DNA of 64,000 nt from Naegleria gruberi (Eukaryota). Position numbers and translations under genes: made by a program. Of this stretch, positions 39,566 to 49,573 are shown one piece after another. The first letter of the stretch is position 1, and each line of letters begins with the position of its first letter. The stretch lies in the NCBI GenBank assembly GCA_000004985.1, contig GG738857.1; one strand, 5' to 3'. Below the pieces are notes generated by a model that searched no databases, was not told the origin of the DNA, and worked only from the letters and a program-made list of their open reading frames with translations.

Positions 39566-41719
39566 TCACAGATCTATCAACCAGGTTTGGTGTTTGTTTT
39601 TTTTGAGTTTTCTGTTTTCCTCTTCCAATATTTTAATTCTTTCCGAAAGTTTGTCAACATCCTCTAATATTTTAATTCGTTCCAGTAAAGAGTTCTCCTC
39701 CAATAGGTTAATTCTTTCTAATAGGTTGGTATTTTCATCAGAAAGTTTATCAACTTCCTCTGCAAGTTGAGAGTAGCTCCTTAATGGTGAGATTTTCTTC
39801 AATTCTCCAATTTCCTTTTCAATATTCAAAGTGATATCTTTGATTTCACCTTTCAAAAATTTCAAAATATTCTCAATGGTTAACTTGTGAGAATAACAAT
39901 TCAATCTTTTTGATGAATCTCTTTGAATCATGCTAATAATGCTTCTAATCAATATGTTATTCACTCCTAAATCTGGATTAATCGTTTCATTGATTAGTTT
40001 TTCAATTGCATAATGTAATTTCATTTCTCCCTCTGTTGTTGTTACAACTGTATAGAAATATTTTCCATGTCCACTAAAATATGGATACTTGTCATTATAT
40101 TTAGAGATATCTGAATCATTAACAAATCTTTCACACAATTGCAAAGGACAATTTGTTAATAATTTCAATAAAATACATCCCAATGAAAATATATCACACG
40201 AAATGGTAATTTGTCCAACATTGTGAGCAAGTTTTTCATCATCACCACTTTTCAATAAATCATCAGAATAATTATCATGTGAAACTTCAGGAGACATGTA
40301 TGCAAACTTTCCACGAGCAATTGTAATTGAATTACCTGTCTTGATAACTCTTGATGTTTCAAAATCAATAATTTTGTAATGATCTTGAACTTTGACAATA
40401 TTTTGAGGATCTAAATCTCTGTGCAAAATGTTGTGATCATGAATTGACTGAACTGATTTCAATACTTTGATAAATATTTCAAGAATTTCAATCAACTTTT
40501 CCTTCTTAATGAATCCATTTCTATAAATTTCACTTTCATTATTTCTTGAAATGTAATTTGATAATGATTCCTCTCCAAGTTCCATCACTGAATATAAATG
40601 ATTTTGAATAATTTCACAATCAAAACATTTGATCTTTCCTTCAATATCTGTTCTTTTCAATAAATTAATGGTTTCTTTTGTTGATTCTTCAGATTCCTCT
40701 GGATCATATTTTAATTTTAATGCCCTTAATGATTTGCTACTTTTGTGAAATACTTTGAATGCAACACCTTCACCTCCATATCCTAACAATGAAATAAAAT
40801 CATAATTATTTTTGAAATAATTATAGAAATAATTGAGAGCTTTGAATACTTTTGATAAATCTCCTCTCAGCTCATTATATTTACACAAGGTTTGTTTGTA
40901 ATTTTCAAATGTTTGCTCATTTTCAAACCACTTGTTGGCAAAATTCATAATTTCAGTAATTTCCTGTTTTGTATAAAATGATGTTTCGAAATTTGTTGCA
41001 ACTTGTTCCACAATATTCTTCAAATCTTTCATTCTTGTTGATTGACAGGGATTATCTTCAAGATATTTGTCCAATCTGAAACAAAATAAATAATAATTGA
41101 CTCTTTCTGGAAGAAGAGTTTCAGTGGATAATTCTGAATGGTTCATTCGTTTCAATATTTGGAAAATAATCAACTTTTCAACAAATACTGGTGTATAGAT
41201 AGAATTAAAATTGAATATTGTACCTTTTGGTGTTGGATTAAAGAGACTTGTTAATTCAATAGCATAATATAAATCCTTTTCATTCATAAATATTTTGGAG
41301 TATTGTTCAATTATATTAGTTGACAGCTTTGTCTGAAGATTAATGGATTCTTCAATTGTTTTGGTTATAGAGGGTGAGAACCTTCTTGCATTTACCTTGC
41401 TAAATTTAATTAATAAATAAATAAATATACTATCTTCTTTCAATGATGAATCAGCATATTGAAGTGCCTTTCCATGTTGTTTAACAGATTCCAATACAAA
41501 TTCTCTGTTTTTCCTCAATGATGAATCTGCATATTTAAAAGCATATCCATTTTGTTTGACAGATTCCAACACAATTTCTCTATCTTTTTTCAATGATGAA
41601 TCAGCATATTCAAGTGCATTTCCATTTTTTTTAACAGCCTCCAATATAATTTCTCTATCTTTTTTCAATGATGAATCAGCATATTGAAGTTCCAATCCAT
41701 TTTTTTTAACAGCATCCAA
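39566..41719 (-). CDS. DUF4116-like repeat + protein kinase + C-terminal coiled coil
   Basis: Four N-terminal ~25-aa 'AVKQNGxALxYADSSLKKDREIVLE' repeats. Kinase motifs 'LLGYGGEGVAFKV', 'ALKLK', 'HRDLDPQNIV' and 'DFETSRV' (DFE in place of DFG), and 'YMSPEV'. The C-terminus has heptad repeats 'LERINLLEENSLLERIKILEDV'. The listed start is TTG. The nearest ATG (41749..41747) is in another frame; see findings. Confidence 0.8.
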   Translation of the reverse strand: MDAVKKNGLELQYADSSLKKDREIILEAVKKNGNALEYADSSLKKDREIVLESVKQNGYAFKYADSSLRKNREFVLESVKQHGKALQYADSSLKEDSIFIYLLIKFSKVNARRFSPSITKTIEESINLQTKLSTNIIEQYSKIFMNEKDLYYAIELTSLFNPTPKGTIFNFNSIYTPVFVEKLIIFQILKRMNHSELSTETLLPERVNYYLFCFRLDKYLEDNPCQSTRMKDLKNIVEQVATNFETSFYTKQEITEIMNFANKWFENEQTFENYKQTLCKYNELRGDLSKVFKALNYFYNYFKNNYDFISLLGYGGEGVAFKVFHKSSKSLRALKLKYDPEESEESTKETINLLKRTDIEGKIKCFDCEIIQNHLYSVMELGEESLSNYISRNNESEIYRNGFIKKEKLIEILEIFIKVLKSVQSIHDHNILHRDLDPQNIVKVQDHYKIIDFETSRVIKTGNSITIARGKFAYMSPEVSHDNYSDDLLKSGDDEKLAHNVGQITISCDIFSLGCILLKLLTNCPLQLCERFVNDSDISKYNDKYPYFSGHGKYFYTVVTTTEGEMKLHYAIEKLINETINPDLGVNNILIRSIISMIQRDSSKRLNCYSHKLTIENILKFLKGEIKDITLNIEKEIGELKKISPLRSYSQLAEEVDKLSDENTNLLERINLLEENSLLERIKILEDVDKLSERIKILEEENRKLKKNKHQTWLIDL

Positions 41720-42122
41720 TACAAATTTCCTATCGGCCTATTGTTGTAGTCATCCATCACACGTTAATAAAATCCCATCACAAAACACAAACCCAATCTT
41801 CGCCAAACATTTTTTTTAAAGTATAATAATTATAATAATTATTATAATTATTGACATTTAATTCCTTCTCGATATATTATAATAATACCGATCACTTTCT
41901 AATTAAATTTTGATTTAAGGTCCTATCCACAAAAGACCTATATTCCGATCATTCATTTTCTTTTTGGACTATTGCTAATACATGCATTTTTGTATGATAA
42001 AAGAGGGTCTACTTGTCTTACATTTTTTTAATTTAAATTTAAAAAGAATTTGAAAAATTAAGTAAGCGTTTTTTATTTGAAAGATTTTTTACCTTAATTT
42101 TGAACTTGTACTACAAATGTGC

Positions 42123-43223
42123 TCAATCTTTGGCTGCTGTAATTTTGTTAATTAACTTTTGAATTGTTTCTTCATCCTTTCCACTACTTTCCAAATTTCT
42201 GTTCCATTTGACACTGAAAACATCTCTCTCCATGGTTTGATATCTTCCCAATCGAATCAAATCAGCCAAACAAATGAAAATTACTGCACATTTCTCATCA
42301 GGAATATCTTTCAAATATGTCTCTAACAGTGCTTCTCTTTCTTCGTCATGAAATCTTGTTGATTGATGAATTAAAAGAAAGAATGAATTTCTTGTTTCAT
42401 TGAGGTTAATTTCTGATTGGGAATTCAACTTTTTGAATTTAAATTCAATGTTTGAAAGTTCGAGAGATTTCTTGAATTTTTCTTCTAAATATTCTTTAGT
42501 GATATAACTAACATTTTCAGAAATGAATTGAATTTGGTAGGTTTTAACTTGTGGAGAGGTAGAAATGTTTTCGTTTCTGTTTGTTTCTAATGGTGATTGA
42601 GTGGTTGTGTGACTATTGTTAATAACATTTGGTTGAATTGGAGAATTATTCGAAATGAGTTGAAACTTGGAATATTCAATGGCGATCAAGGTTGAAAGTA
42701 GGAGAACTGAAATCCAGAGAGGAGTTGAAATTGACCACATGTTTCGTTTAGTTTCTTTCACTTGTTGCTTTAATTCTTGAATGGAATTATTAATTGGTTG
42801 AATGGTAGATTGAAACTGTCTATTAATATTTCTTTTCCATTCCCTTTCAGGAATTTCAACTTGAAATGTTTGGATTGTTTCTTCATTCTCAAAAATTTCA
42901 CTTTCCTTTTTCAATTGTTTTTTAGTTTCCTTTCTTGATTTTACTTCCATTTTAGGAATTGTAAATGTTTCCTCTTGATCTCCTTCATAATCATCAGAAT
43001 GTCCATTTCCAATCGGAGATGATTCTGTTGGAGTTTGTTTTTTAACCTTCTTCAAAGAAGGTGAATATTCTTCACTCTTATTCGAATCGTCCAAATTTCT
43101 CTTCTTGGCACTTTTAACAGTAAATCTAAACGAAACCTTTCCACCTCCATCTTCTTCACCATAATAGCTTTTCTCCTCATCAAAATCAACTGGTGAAGAA
43201 TCCATCTCTGAATCCGCAAGCAT
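42123..43223 (-). CDS. hypothetical membrane protein, 366 aa
   Basis: ATG ORF with an acidic N-terminus, one central TM 'MWSISTPLWISVLLLSTLIAIEY', and an N-glycosylation-rich C-terminal region. It is divergently paired with 43413..44999. Confidence 0.5.
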   Translation of the reverse strand: MLADSEMDSSPVDFDEEKSYYGEEDGGGKVSFRFTVKSAKKRNLDDSNKSEEYSPSLKKVKKQTPTESSPIGNGHSDDYEGDQEETFTIPKMEVKSRKETKKQLKKESEIFENEETIQTFQVEIPEREWKRNINRQFQSTIQPINNSIQELKQQVKETKRNMWSISTPLWISVLLLSTLIAIEYSKFQLISNNSPIQPNVINNSHTTTQSPLETNRNENISTSPQVKTYQIQFISENVSYITKEYLEEKFKKSLELSNIEFKFKKLNSQSEINLNETRNSFFLLIHQSTRFHDEEREALLETYLKDIPDEKCAVIFICLADLIRLGRYQTMERDVFSVKWNRNLESSGKDEETIQKLINKITAAKD

Positions 43224-43412
43224 TTTTTTTCTATTAATTTTTGCAAATTGAAAGTAAACGAAACGTGAAGTTTTTTACAATCAACATCACGTTAAGTACT
43301 AATCGAGTCTTTCTCAATTATCTCCGTGTCTGATCCTGATCACGTTTTAAATTTTCCTATTTAAGCTTTCAAAGTTGTTTGAAATTTTCAAAAACGAAAT
43401 CAAAAAAAAATT

Positions 43413-44999
43413 ATGACAATAATTTCAAAGAGTGTTGATGAGAAGGTGGAATTTCCAAGTGAAACCTTTGCAAATCTTGAACAAGAAGAAGTTGATATTG
43501 ATGTGGATGATAGTTTGAGTTCGATCACTTTCAAAACCGAAACTGTTTTGTTATCCGAAAGTGGATTGGAGAACTGGAGACAATCTGAAAGTATTCTTGA
43601 CAGAACTGTTGAAGAAGATGTTGATCAAGAAGAAGAAGAGCAAAATGAAGATATTGCCAAAGGTCAAGTTGTTGAACAAGACGAAACTAAACCAAAAGGT
43701 GATGAACATGCTGACGAAAGATCAACCAAATCCTATTCGAAATATGTCACTGCTTCTCAAACCATTGCTGTCGTTGCCTTGATTGCAATTCTAATTGGTG
43801 TCCTCTTTATTCAATACGATACCATCAAAGCACTATTCGAAACTAAGGAGAAACCAACTCCTTGGAAGATTCCTCTCCTCCTTCATCAATCTACTCACAA
43901 TCTTTACGATGGAAAACAAAATCTTCAAGTCAAAGTCTTCATTCCAATTAACAACACACTCGAAAATGATTTCTATTTTGGTGTTAAAGTGGAAGATTCC
44001 AAATATGTCAAAATGTATAATTTCTCAACATTTGAACTCAAGCACAATTCAAGTCATCCATGTTTTCAAGATTATCTTGTTATTGAAAATGTTAATTATG
44101 ATCCAAATAAGGAGTTTATGGTCAATTATACCATGCCTATTCGAACTGAGAAGAATTGTTTCGAACATAATTTTACGAGACTCCCAAATGAATTCTCCTT
44201 CCAAGTTAAGGTAAAGGATATTGATGGAAATTCCCACTTCTTTACATTCAATCAGACCATTAGAGCTAATTTCTTTATGGGAAAGTTTGAAAAGATTTTA
44301 ACAAATTTGAATGGAAAAATTGTCAAGTTTTTGAGTATTGGAAAAAGTGGAAGTGCAAAATCGACTGGAATTGTTGAATTATTCTTTTTCAGGGATATTT
44401 CTAACACTCCTGAGCTTCCTATTGATCTACCTTCAAAAATGGTTCCAAGTCATGTGACTCTCAATGTGTCAGAATATAACATGTCATTTGTCCCAGCTCA
44501 CAAACAGTATTATCAATTTCCATTGCCTATTATTGGTGTAGATCCTATGGGTTTTCTTAATGTTACTGATTTTGACAAGTTTTTGATTACTGGCAGATTG
44601 CCACTTCATGTTGACCTCGTTTCCAAATGTAAAAACAAAAAAGATTGTCTAAAACGTTATGCAAACAAACCAATTAACATGCCAGATGTCATTCTCTATT
44701 ACATTTATCCAGATCAAGTCGAATCACAAGCTATAGAAATCAATCAACGTCTTCAACTAATTGCCGATCATGGAATCACATGTATCTTAATGTTTCCATC
44801 TGGTAATTTCGACTCAGAAGTTGACCTTTCATTCATTAATGGCAGATTCGCAAACAAATTCTTCCTTTACGATTTCTATAGAAGAGATGATCCAGGTTCT
44901 GCTAATAATCCAAATATTTATAAGCGAAATGCTGATTTGTTAATGAGAATGTTGGAGATTGCGAATGGAAAGAGAGTTAGTGAGCAGAGGGAAAATTAA
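43413..44999 (+). CDS. hypothetical type-II membrane protein, 528 aa
   Basis: ATG ORF with an acidic cytoplasmic N-terminus, a TM 'TIAVVALIAILIGVLFIQY', and a large lumenal/extracellular domain with many NxS/T sites. No domain assigned. Confidence 0.5.
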   Translation: MTIISKSVDEKVEFPSETFANLEQEEVDIDVDDSLSSITFKTETVLLSESGLENWRQSESILDRTVEEDVDQEEEEQNEDIAKGQVVEQDETKPKGDEHADERSTKSYSKYVTASQTIAVVALIAILIGVLFIQYDTIKALFETKEKPTPWKIPLLLHQSTHNLYDGKQNLQVKVFIPINNTLENDFYFGVKVEDSKYVKMYNFSTFELKHNSSHPCFQDYLVIENVNYDPNKEFMVNYTMPIRTEKNCFEHNFTRLPNEFSFQVKVKDIDGNSHFFTFNQTIRANFFMGKFEKILTNLNGKIVKFLSIGKSGSAKSTGIVELFFFRDISNTPELPIDLPSKMVPSHVTLNVSEYNMSFVPAHKQYYQFPLPIIGVDPMGFLNVTDFDKFLITGRLPLHVDLVSKCKNKKDCLKRYANKPINMPDVILYYIYPDQVESQAIEINQRLQLIADHGITCILMFPSGNFDSEVDLSFINGRFANKFFLYDFYRRDDPGSANNPNIYKRNADLLMRMLEIANGKRVSEQREN

Positions 45000-45080
45000 A
45001 GAACTAAACGGAAACTATTCTTCATCTCTTAAACACAATCTTGGATATTTACCTTAATAAACAAAACATTGTAACAAATT

Positions 45081-47049
45081 ATGCTGAAAAAACAAAAGTT
45101 TTTGTTCCTTAATTCAAAAAAGTTTAAAAAAAAAATGATCACAATGAACATGTCTCATCCTCATCCTCCGATGCTACTCTATAATTCTCAACAGCACGCC
45201 TATCTAGTATCATTAGTCTCCCAAAATAAATTAACAATGCAAATAATTCAAGAATCAATTTGTTATATAAATTGTAATGTTCCGAATTATTTACCTTCCT
45301 TGTTGTTTGTGGCGGTTGAGAATAAAAAGATGGATATGATTAAATTATTATTGAGTTGTTCGCAAATTAATCCGAATATTGGGGTATGTGATGGTTCTTA
45401 TTTAAATATATTTAATAATATTTATTGTAAAATATTTACAAAAATTTATTTAGAAAGTTGAACATGTTAATGATGGATCCATGGTTATTTCACCTCTTGG
45501 ACTTGCTGTAAAGAAAGGATTAACAGAAATTGTAAAAATCCTCGTACTGGATCCAAGAATTGAAATTGGGACTGGATGTGTAAAGTATGAAACATTTGGA
45601 GCAACAAATTACACTTGTTTGGATCTGGCATGTGGAGAATCTTTATTTAAAGTTGTGGAATTGTTACTGTTTCATCCATATGTTCAAGTTAATCTGCCAC
45701 TTTTACATCATCATACACACCTCAGACGATATCCATTGACAGTTGCTTGTGAAAACAACTGTATTGAAATTGTGAGATTGCTGCTTGCACGACCAGAAAT
45801 TGATATCAATGTTACACAAGATCCAAAGCATAACAATTGTATCGATCAATTCAGTTTGAATACTCCTATGTTTTCTATTGAGGAAATTAGAAAGGTTGGT
45901 TTCAATTATCAAATAATCTATGATTTGATTGTTGCTGGACTCACTCCAAGCAATCCTACGCTTCTTAAAGATTATTCACTTGAGGAAATTAAGAGGAGAA
46001 AGTTCAAGTATTTCACAAATAGAATTATAATCCAGAAATTTGAATGGGACAAAATTGGAGATACCAATTTGACTGCATTTGTTCCCTTACTGAAAATAAT
46101 GGATCCAGAATTAGAGACCATTTTGAAATTAGGTGTAAACTTTGATAAGGAAGAAGAACGTTTTGTTCAAACGGTTATTGATTTTCTTATTTATGGATCG
46201 GATATAGATTTTCGTCAATTATTTCAGGCCTATTCTAATAAGGGTCATAATGCCAATATTAAGGGAGTTATTGGTGCTCTCGTTCTGTGTGGTTCATTAC
46301 CACAAATCAATAGTTTATGTTACGAGTGTATATCAATACTTATCAAAGACGAATATTCTTTAGATATGGTATTTAATATTTGGAAAATAATTCATGAGTA
46401 CGAGAAGAGATTTCCATCATTATTGCAAAGTATGAACAAGTCCCTTGTTGGAAAAATCAAACAGCATGTATTAGACTGTATTGGAAACTTTGGACTAAAG
46501 AAGGATGCTAATATTTCAGAATTTCTTTCAGATTTTGATAATTACCATGAAGTCATTGAAGCCTTAATGAAAAGAAGAGCAACACCCTCATTCCCAAAGT
46601 TTAGCAAAAACGAAACCATCTCATTTCCATTTTCATCAGTTAAATTATTCGACCAACTTGCTTTAGATTCAACAACTGATATAGAATTGCAAATTGGAAA
46701 AGAGAGAGTGAAATGTCACAGAACAATTCTCATGTCAAAGAGTACTTATTTCGCTACCTTATTGAATGGAAATTGGAATTCACAAAACGATAACTATCCT
46801 ATTGAAATGAAATATCTCATTCAATTCTGTTATGGATTTTTAGAATATGTTGAACCTAAACTTTGCATTCCATTGATGAAATTAGCAAATATGCACGAAA
46901 TGAAAGAATTAGCCATTCAGGTTGAAAAGCAAGCAATCATCACAAGAATCAATGTTGCTGAATATTTGAATTCACTTCTAAATGATGTTGAAGAACAGGA
47001 GAATGAAATTATTCAAGAGTTCATTCGAAGGATTGTCTTGTACAAATGA
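45081..47049 (+). CDS. ankyrin-repeat + BTB/POZ protein, two exons (45081..45383, 45454..47049)
   Basis: GTATGT donor at 45384 and TAG acceptor at 45451..45453 give a 70-nt phase-0 intron. It joins '..INPNIG' to 'KVEHVNDGSMVISPLGLAVKKGLTEIVKIL..'. Contains 4–5 ANK units and a C-terminal BTB 'TDIELQIGKERVKCHRTILMSKSTYFATLLNGNW'. Confidence 0.8.
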
Positions 47050-47205
47050 CGAGTTTTGATTGAATGATTCTCTACATGCCAATCAAAATAGAAACGCAAC
47101 TTGTCAAAATATTCAACATCAAAATCAGATATTTTCACATCAAAAAAATTACATTTTCACATGCTTGGAAAATCTTCATCTATTTATTTTACATCATCAT
47201 GAAAA

Positions 47206-47563
47206 CTAGCGGAATTTACAATTTACAACAACAAGTACAATTGTGCATACAAAGGTACATGCAACAATAAATACGAAAGCTAGAGTTAAAAAGATTAGCA
47301 AAGCCAATCTTCCAAAATCGTTTTCAGTATTTGACAAGGAGAGGCCTAGAACATTGTAAGGTGTAGGAATAGGAAATAACTTTATCAACACATCCAATAC
47401 TGATACATGTGCTTCTCTTTAGGGCACATTCAAATGCCAAACAATCATCGCGTCTTGTACCAGTCAAGGATAAGGCACTCATAACGATACCAACTATAAA
47501 ACCAATGGATATGATAGAGAAACAAGCACCAATAGTAGCCAAGAGCAATAGACCTTTATTCAT
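47206..47563 (-). CDS. small Cys-rich membrane protein (family member 2), two exons (47391..47563, 47206..47344)
   Basis: 'VGIVMSALSLTGTRRDDCLAFECALKRSTCIS' aligns with member 1. A 46-nt intron (donor GTGTTG at 47390..47385, acceptor CTAG) joins it to the C-terminal TM exon 'LSLSNTENDFGRLALLIFLTLAFVFIVACTFVCTIVLVVV'. Confidence 0.45.
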
Positions 47564-47814
47564 CTTGTGTGGATTGATTTTTTTGTATGGATGATGATTG
47601 TGAATAGAGGCGAGTTATGTGTGTGTGGATTGTTTATTGTTGTGGAGGTACTTCCACGCGTTTGTGGATCGACGGAAATAACTGATCGAAATTCTATTTT
47701 TAAATTCTATTAGAAATGACTGGGTGATCGGCCGTTCTCGTGTATAACTCCCATGAAAACATTGTATACAATCAAATGCATATGGATGAAAAGGATTGAT
47801 GTTTACTATTATAT

Positions 47815-48726
47815 TTAAATCATGATCATTATCAAGACCATCACCAAAACTAAATAATTCGAAACCTTTACAATATCCACACTACTCACTGATATCTTTG
47901 TAAAGGTAGAAAACGAGCTAGGATATCCAAACGCAATCACCTTACATGCAGTACAACTTGTCTTGTGATTATTCATATAAATTGAAAAATCAACAACATC
48001 ACCAATGATGGCATGAACTCTATTTCCAATAACTGCATCGAATTGTTCATCATATCCCAATGGAAGATAGGTTGCAAGTGGAAGGTTTTCCTTGATCCAA
48101 TCCTCAAAGATAGTTCCAGAATAAGCTCCCACAATGGTGCCATTCTTATTGAACGAGTAAACATTTGAACTATATCCAAGAGTTTCGTTATCCTTATTGT
48201 TTCGAATAAATCCGTATGAAGTGGAGCCATATGGACATGTTTGAAAGCTTACTTGAGTGGCTCTATCTGATGAATAAGAAGTGTCAGCAACAACAACATC
48301 ACATCTTCCATCATTTACGGCATTTGACAAGGATGTAAAAAATCCATCGGTTGTGTTTATGAGAACGAGTGAATTTTCCAATGACATTGAATATTGAGTA
48401 TTGATTGCCTTGGTCAATTCTTCAGCAACCAACTTGTAGGCACTCGTCCAAGGTTCCATTGATTCCATTTGATAACAATTCTTCAGTTGACTCATTCCTT
48501 TGAATGGATTCACACTCGGAAACACAACATTTGATGAACATTTAGGAACGTTGAAGAGAAGAATATCGAATATTTTGCTTTGGAATGTAGATTCTTGAAC
48601 AATGTTTTGAATGGCAGCATTAATTGCTTGTGTGAAGAGAGCTTGTTGACTATTTGTCAAGTCAATTGTCATGAAAATGATCAACACTGCAAGAAAATTA
48701 CTAGCAATAGATGAAGGAGCAAACAT
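47815..48726 (-). CDS. secreted/anchored protein with a solute-binding-protein family-3 / iGluR-ligand-binding-like fold
   Basis: Signal peptide 'FLAVLIIFMTIDLTNS'. 'GRCDVVVADTSYSSDRATQVSFQTCPYGSTSYGFIRNNK' and 'DAVIGNRVHAIIGDVVDFSIY' resemble the two hinge segments of SBP_bac_3 / Lig_chan-Glu_bd domains. Hydrophobic C-terminus 'NYLVLVMVLIMIMI'. No channel TM domains. Confidence 0.5.
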   Translation of the reverse strand: MFAPSSIASNFLAVLIIFMTIDLTNSQQALFTQAINAAIQNIVQESTFQSKIFDILLFNVPKCSSNVVFPSVNPFKGMSQLKNCYQMESMEPWTSAYKLVAEELTKAINTQYSMSLENSLVLINTTDGFFTSLSNAVNDGRCDVVVADTSYSSDRATQVSFQTCPYGSTSYGFIRNNKDNETLGYSSNVYSFNKNGTIVGAYSGTIFEDWIKENLPLATYLPLGYDEQFDAVIGNRVHAIIGDVVDFSIYMNNHKTSCTACKVIAFGYPSSFSTFTKISVSSVDIVKVSNYLVLVMVLIMIMI

Positions 48727-48848
48727 TGAGATGTTTTTTATGTGAATGTTGTGTGTGATTTTGTTTGTTGATTTGGCCTTTCAAAAGTCTTTTCAAAAAC
48801 TTTAAGTGTCACATTACAAAGATGCGTCTCTGTGTCTCACATTTACAA

Positions 48849-48898
48849 NNNNNNNNNNNNNNNNNNNNNNNNNNNNNNNNNNNNNNNNNNNNNNNNNN
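48849..48898. other. assembly gap (50 N)
   Basis: Run of N. Confidence 1.
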
Positions 48899-49573
48899 GC
48901 CATCAAGGTGATTCTCTTGCATTTTCTTATTTTCCTTTTCACACTTTCAATATGGAACTAATATCCATCATCAAGTAAATAGGCAGCAAATCGAGTAATT
49001 CACTCGGAAAGGATCATCCATAGAGATTAACAGTGTGACTTGGTATGAGTTTAAATTCACCATAGTTGTTGATGAGTAAGTATTGAATGTTCCGAAAGAC
49101 TTTCCTTTTTTCGATGGTTTGGTAGTACGTGGACCGACGGTTCTACCTTCCTTTTTGTTGGCATTTGGTTTGTTATTCTTCAAAGGATTCTTGTTTTTGA
49201 AAATAAATTTTAAATCAAATAATAATTATTTTAAAAAAGAAAAAATATTCAAAAAATGATGAAGCAGCTAAACTACCTTTTCTCATCATCGGAATGTTGA
49301 GAACTTTATCATGATTCCGTATCATCAAGTAGTTTTCTTTTTGATGGAAATAATAGTGTGAGAGATTACTTGACACTGAAGAGGTGGAGTTAATAGCAAA
49401 ATAATGGGTCTACCAAACTTCATATAAATATCTAGTGAGAAGGTGGACAAGACTTGGGAATTGTCAATTACTGATTTTACAACGACTTGGTTACGATAAT
49501 CATCCTTTTGTAATTCCCAAGTGACGACTCTGTTGGTTTCCAAGTAATTACTCGTCAACTTCCACAAAAAAAA

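Noticed and set aside
41700-41730. Programmed −1 ribosomal frameshift at the slippery heptamer A_AAT_TTG linking the upstream ATG frame to the repeat/kinase frame
   Set aside because: The heptamer is not conserved in the paralogue at ~270, which has A_AAT_ATG. A conserved 68-nt GT..AG intron explains both copies better.
48720-48726. Start codon of ORF 47815..48726
   Set aside because: The listed translation begins 'MF', but the displayed bases at 48721..48726 read as Asn-Val in that frame. This is probably a ±1-nt transcription issue in my manual reading, so I kept the tool's coordinates rather than re-deriving a start.
48971-49567. Two minus-strand ORFs (48971..49183, 49325..49567) that looked like a small spliced gene
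   Set aside because: Both start with TTG and have no in-frame ATG. The second would begin 6 bp from the RdRP-kinase start codon, leaving no promoter space. Most likely this is non-coding divergent-promoter DNA.
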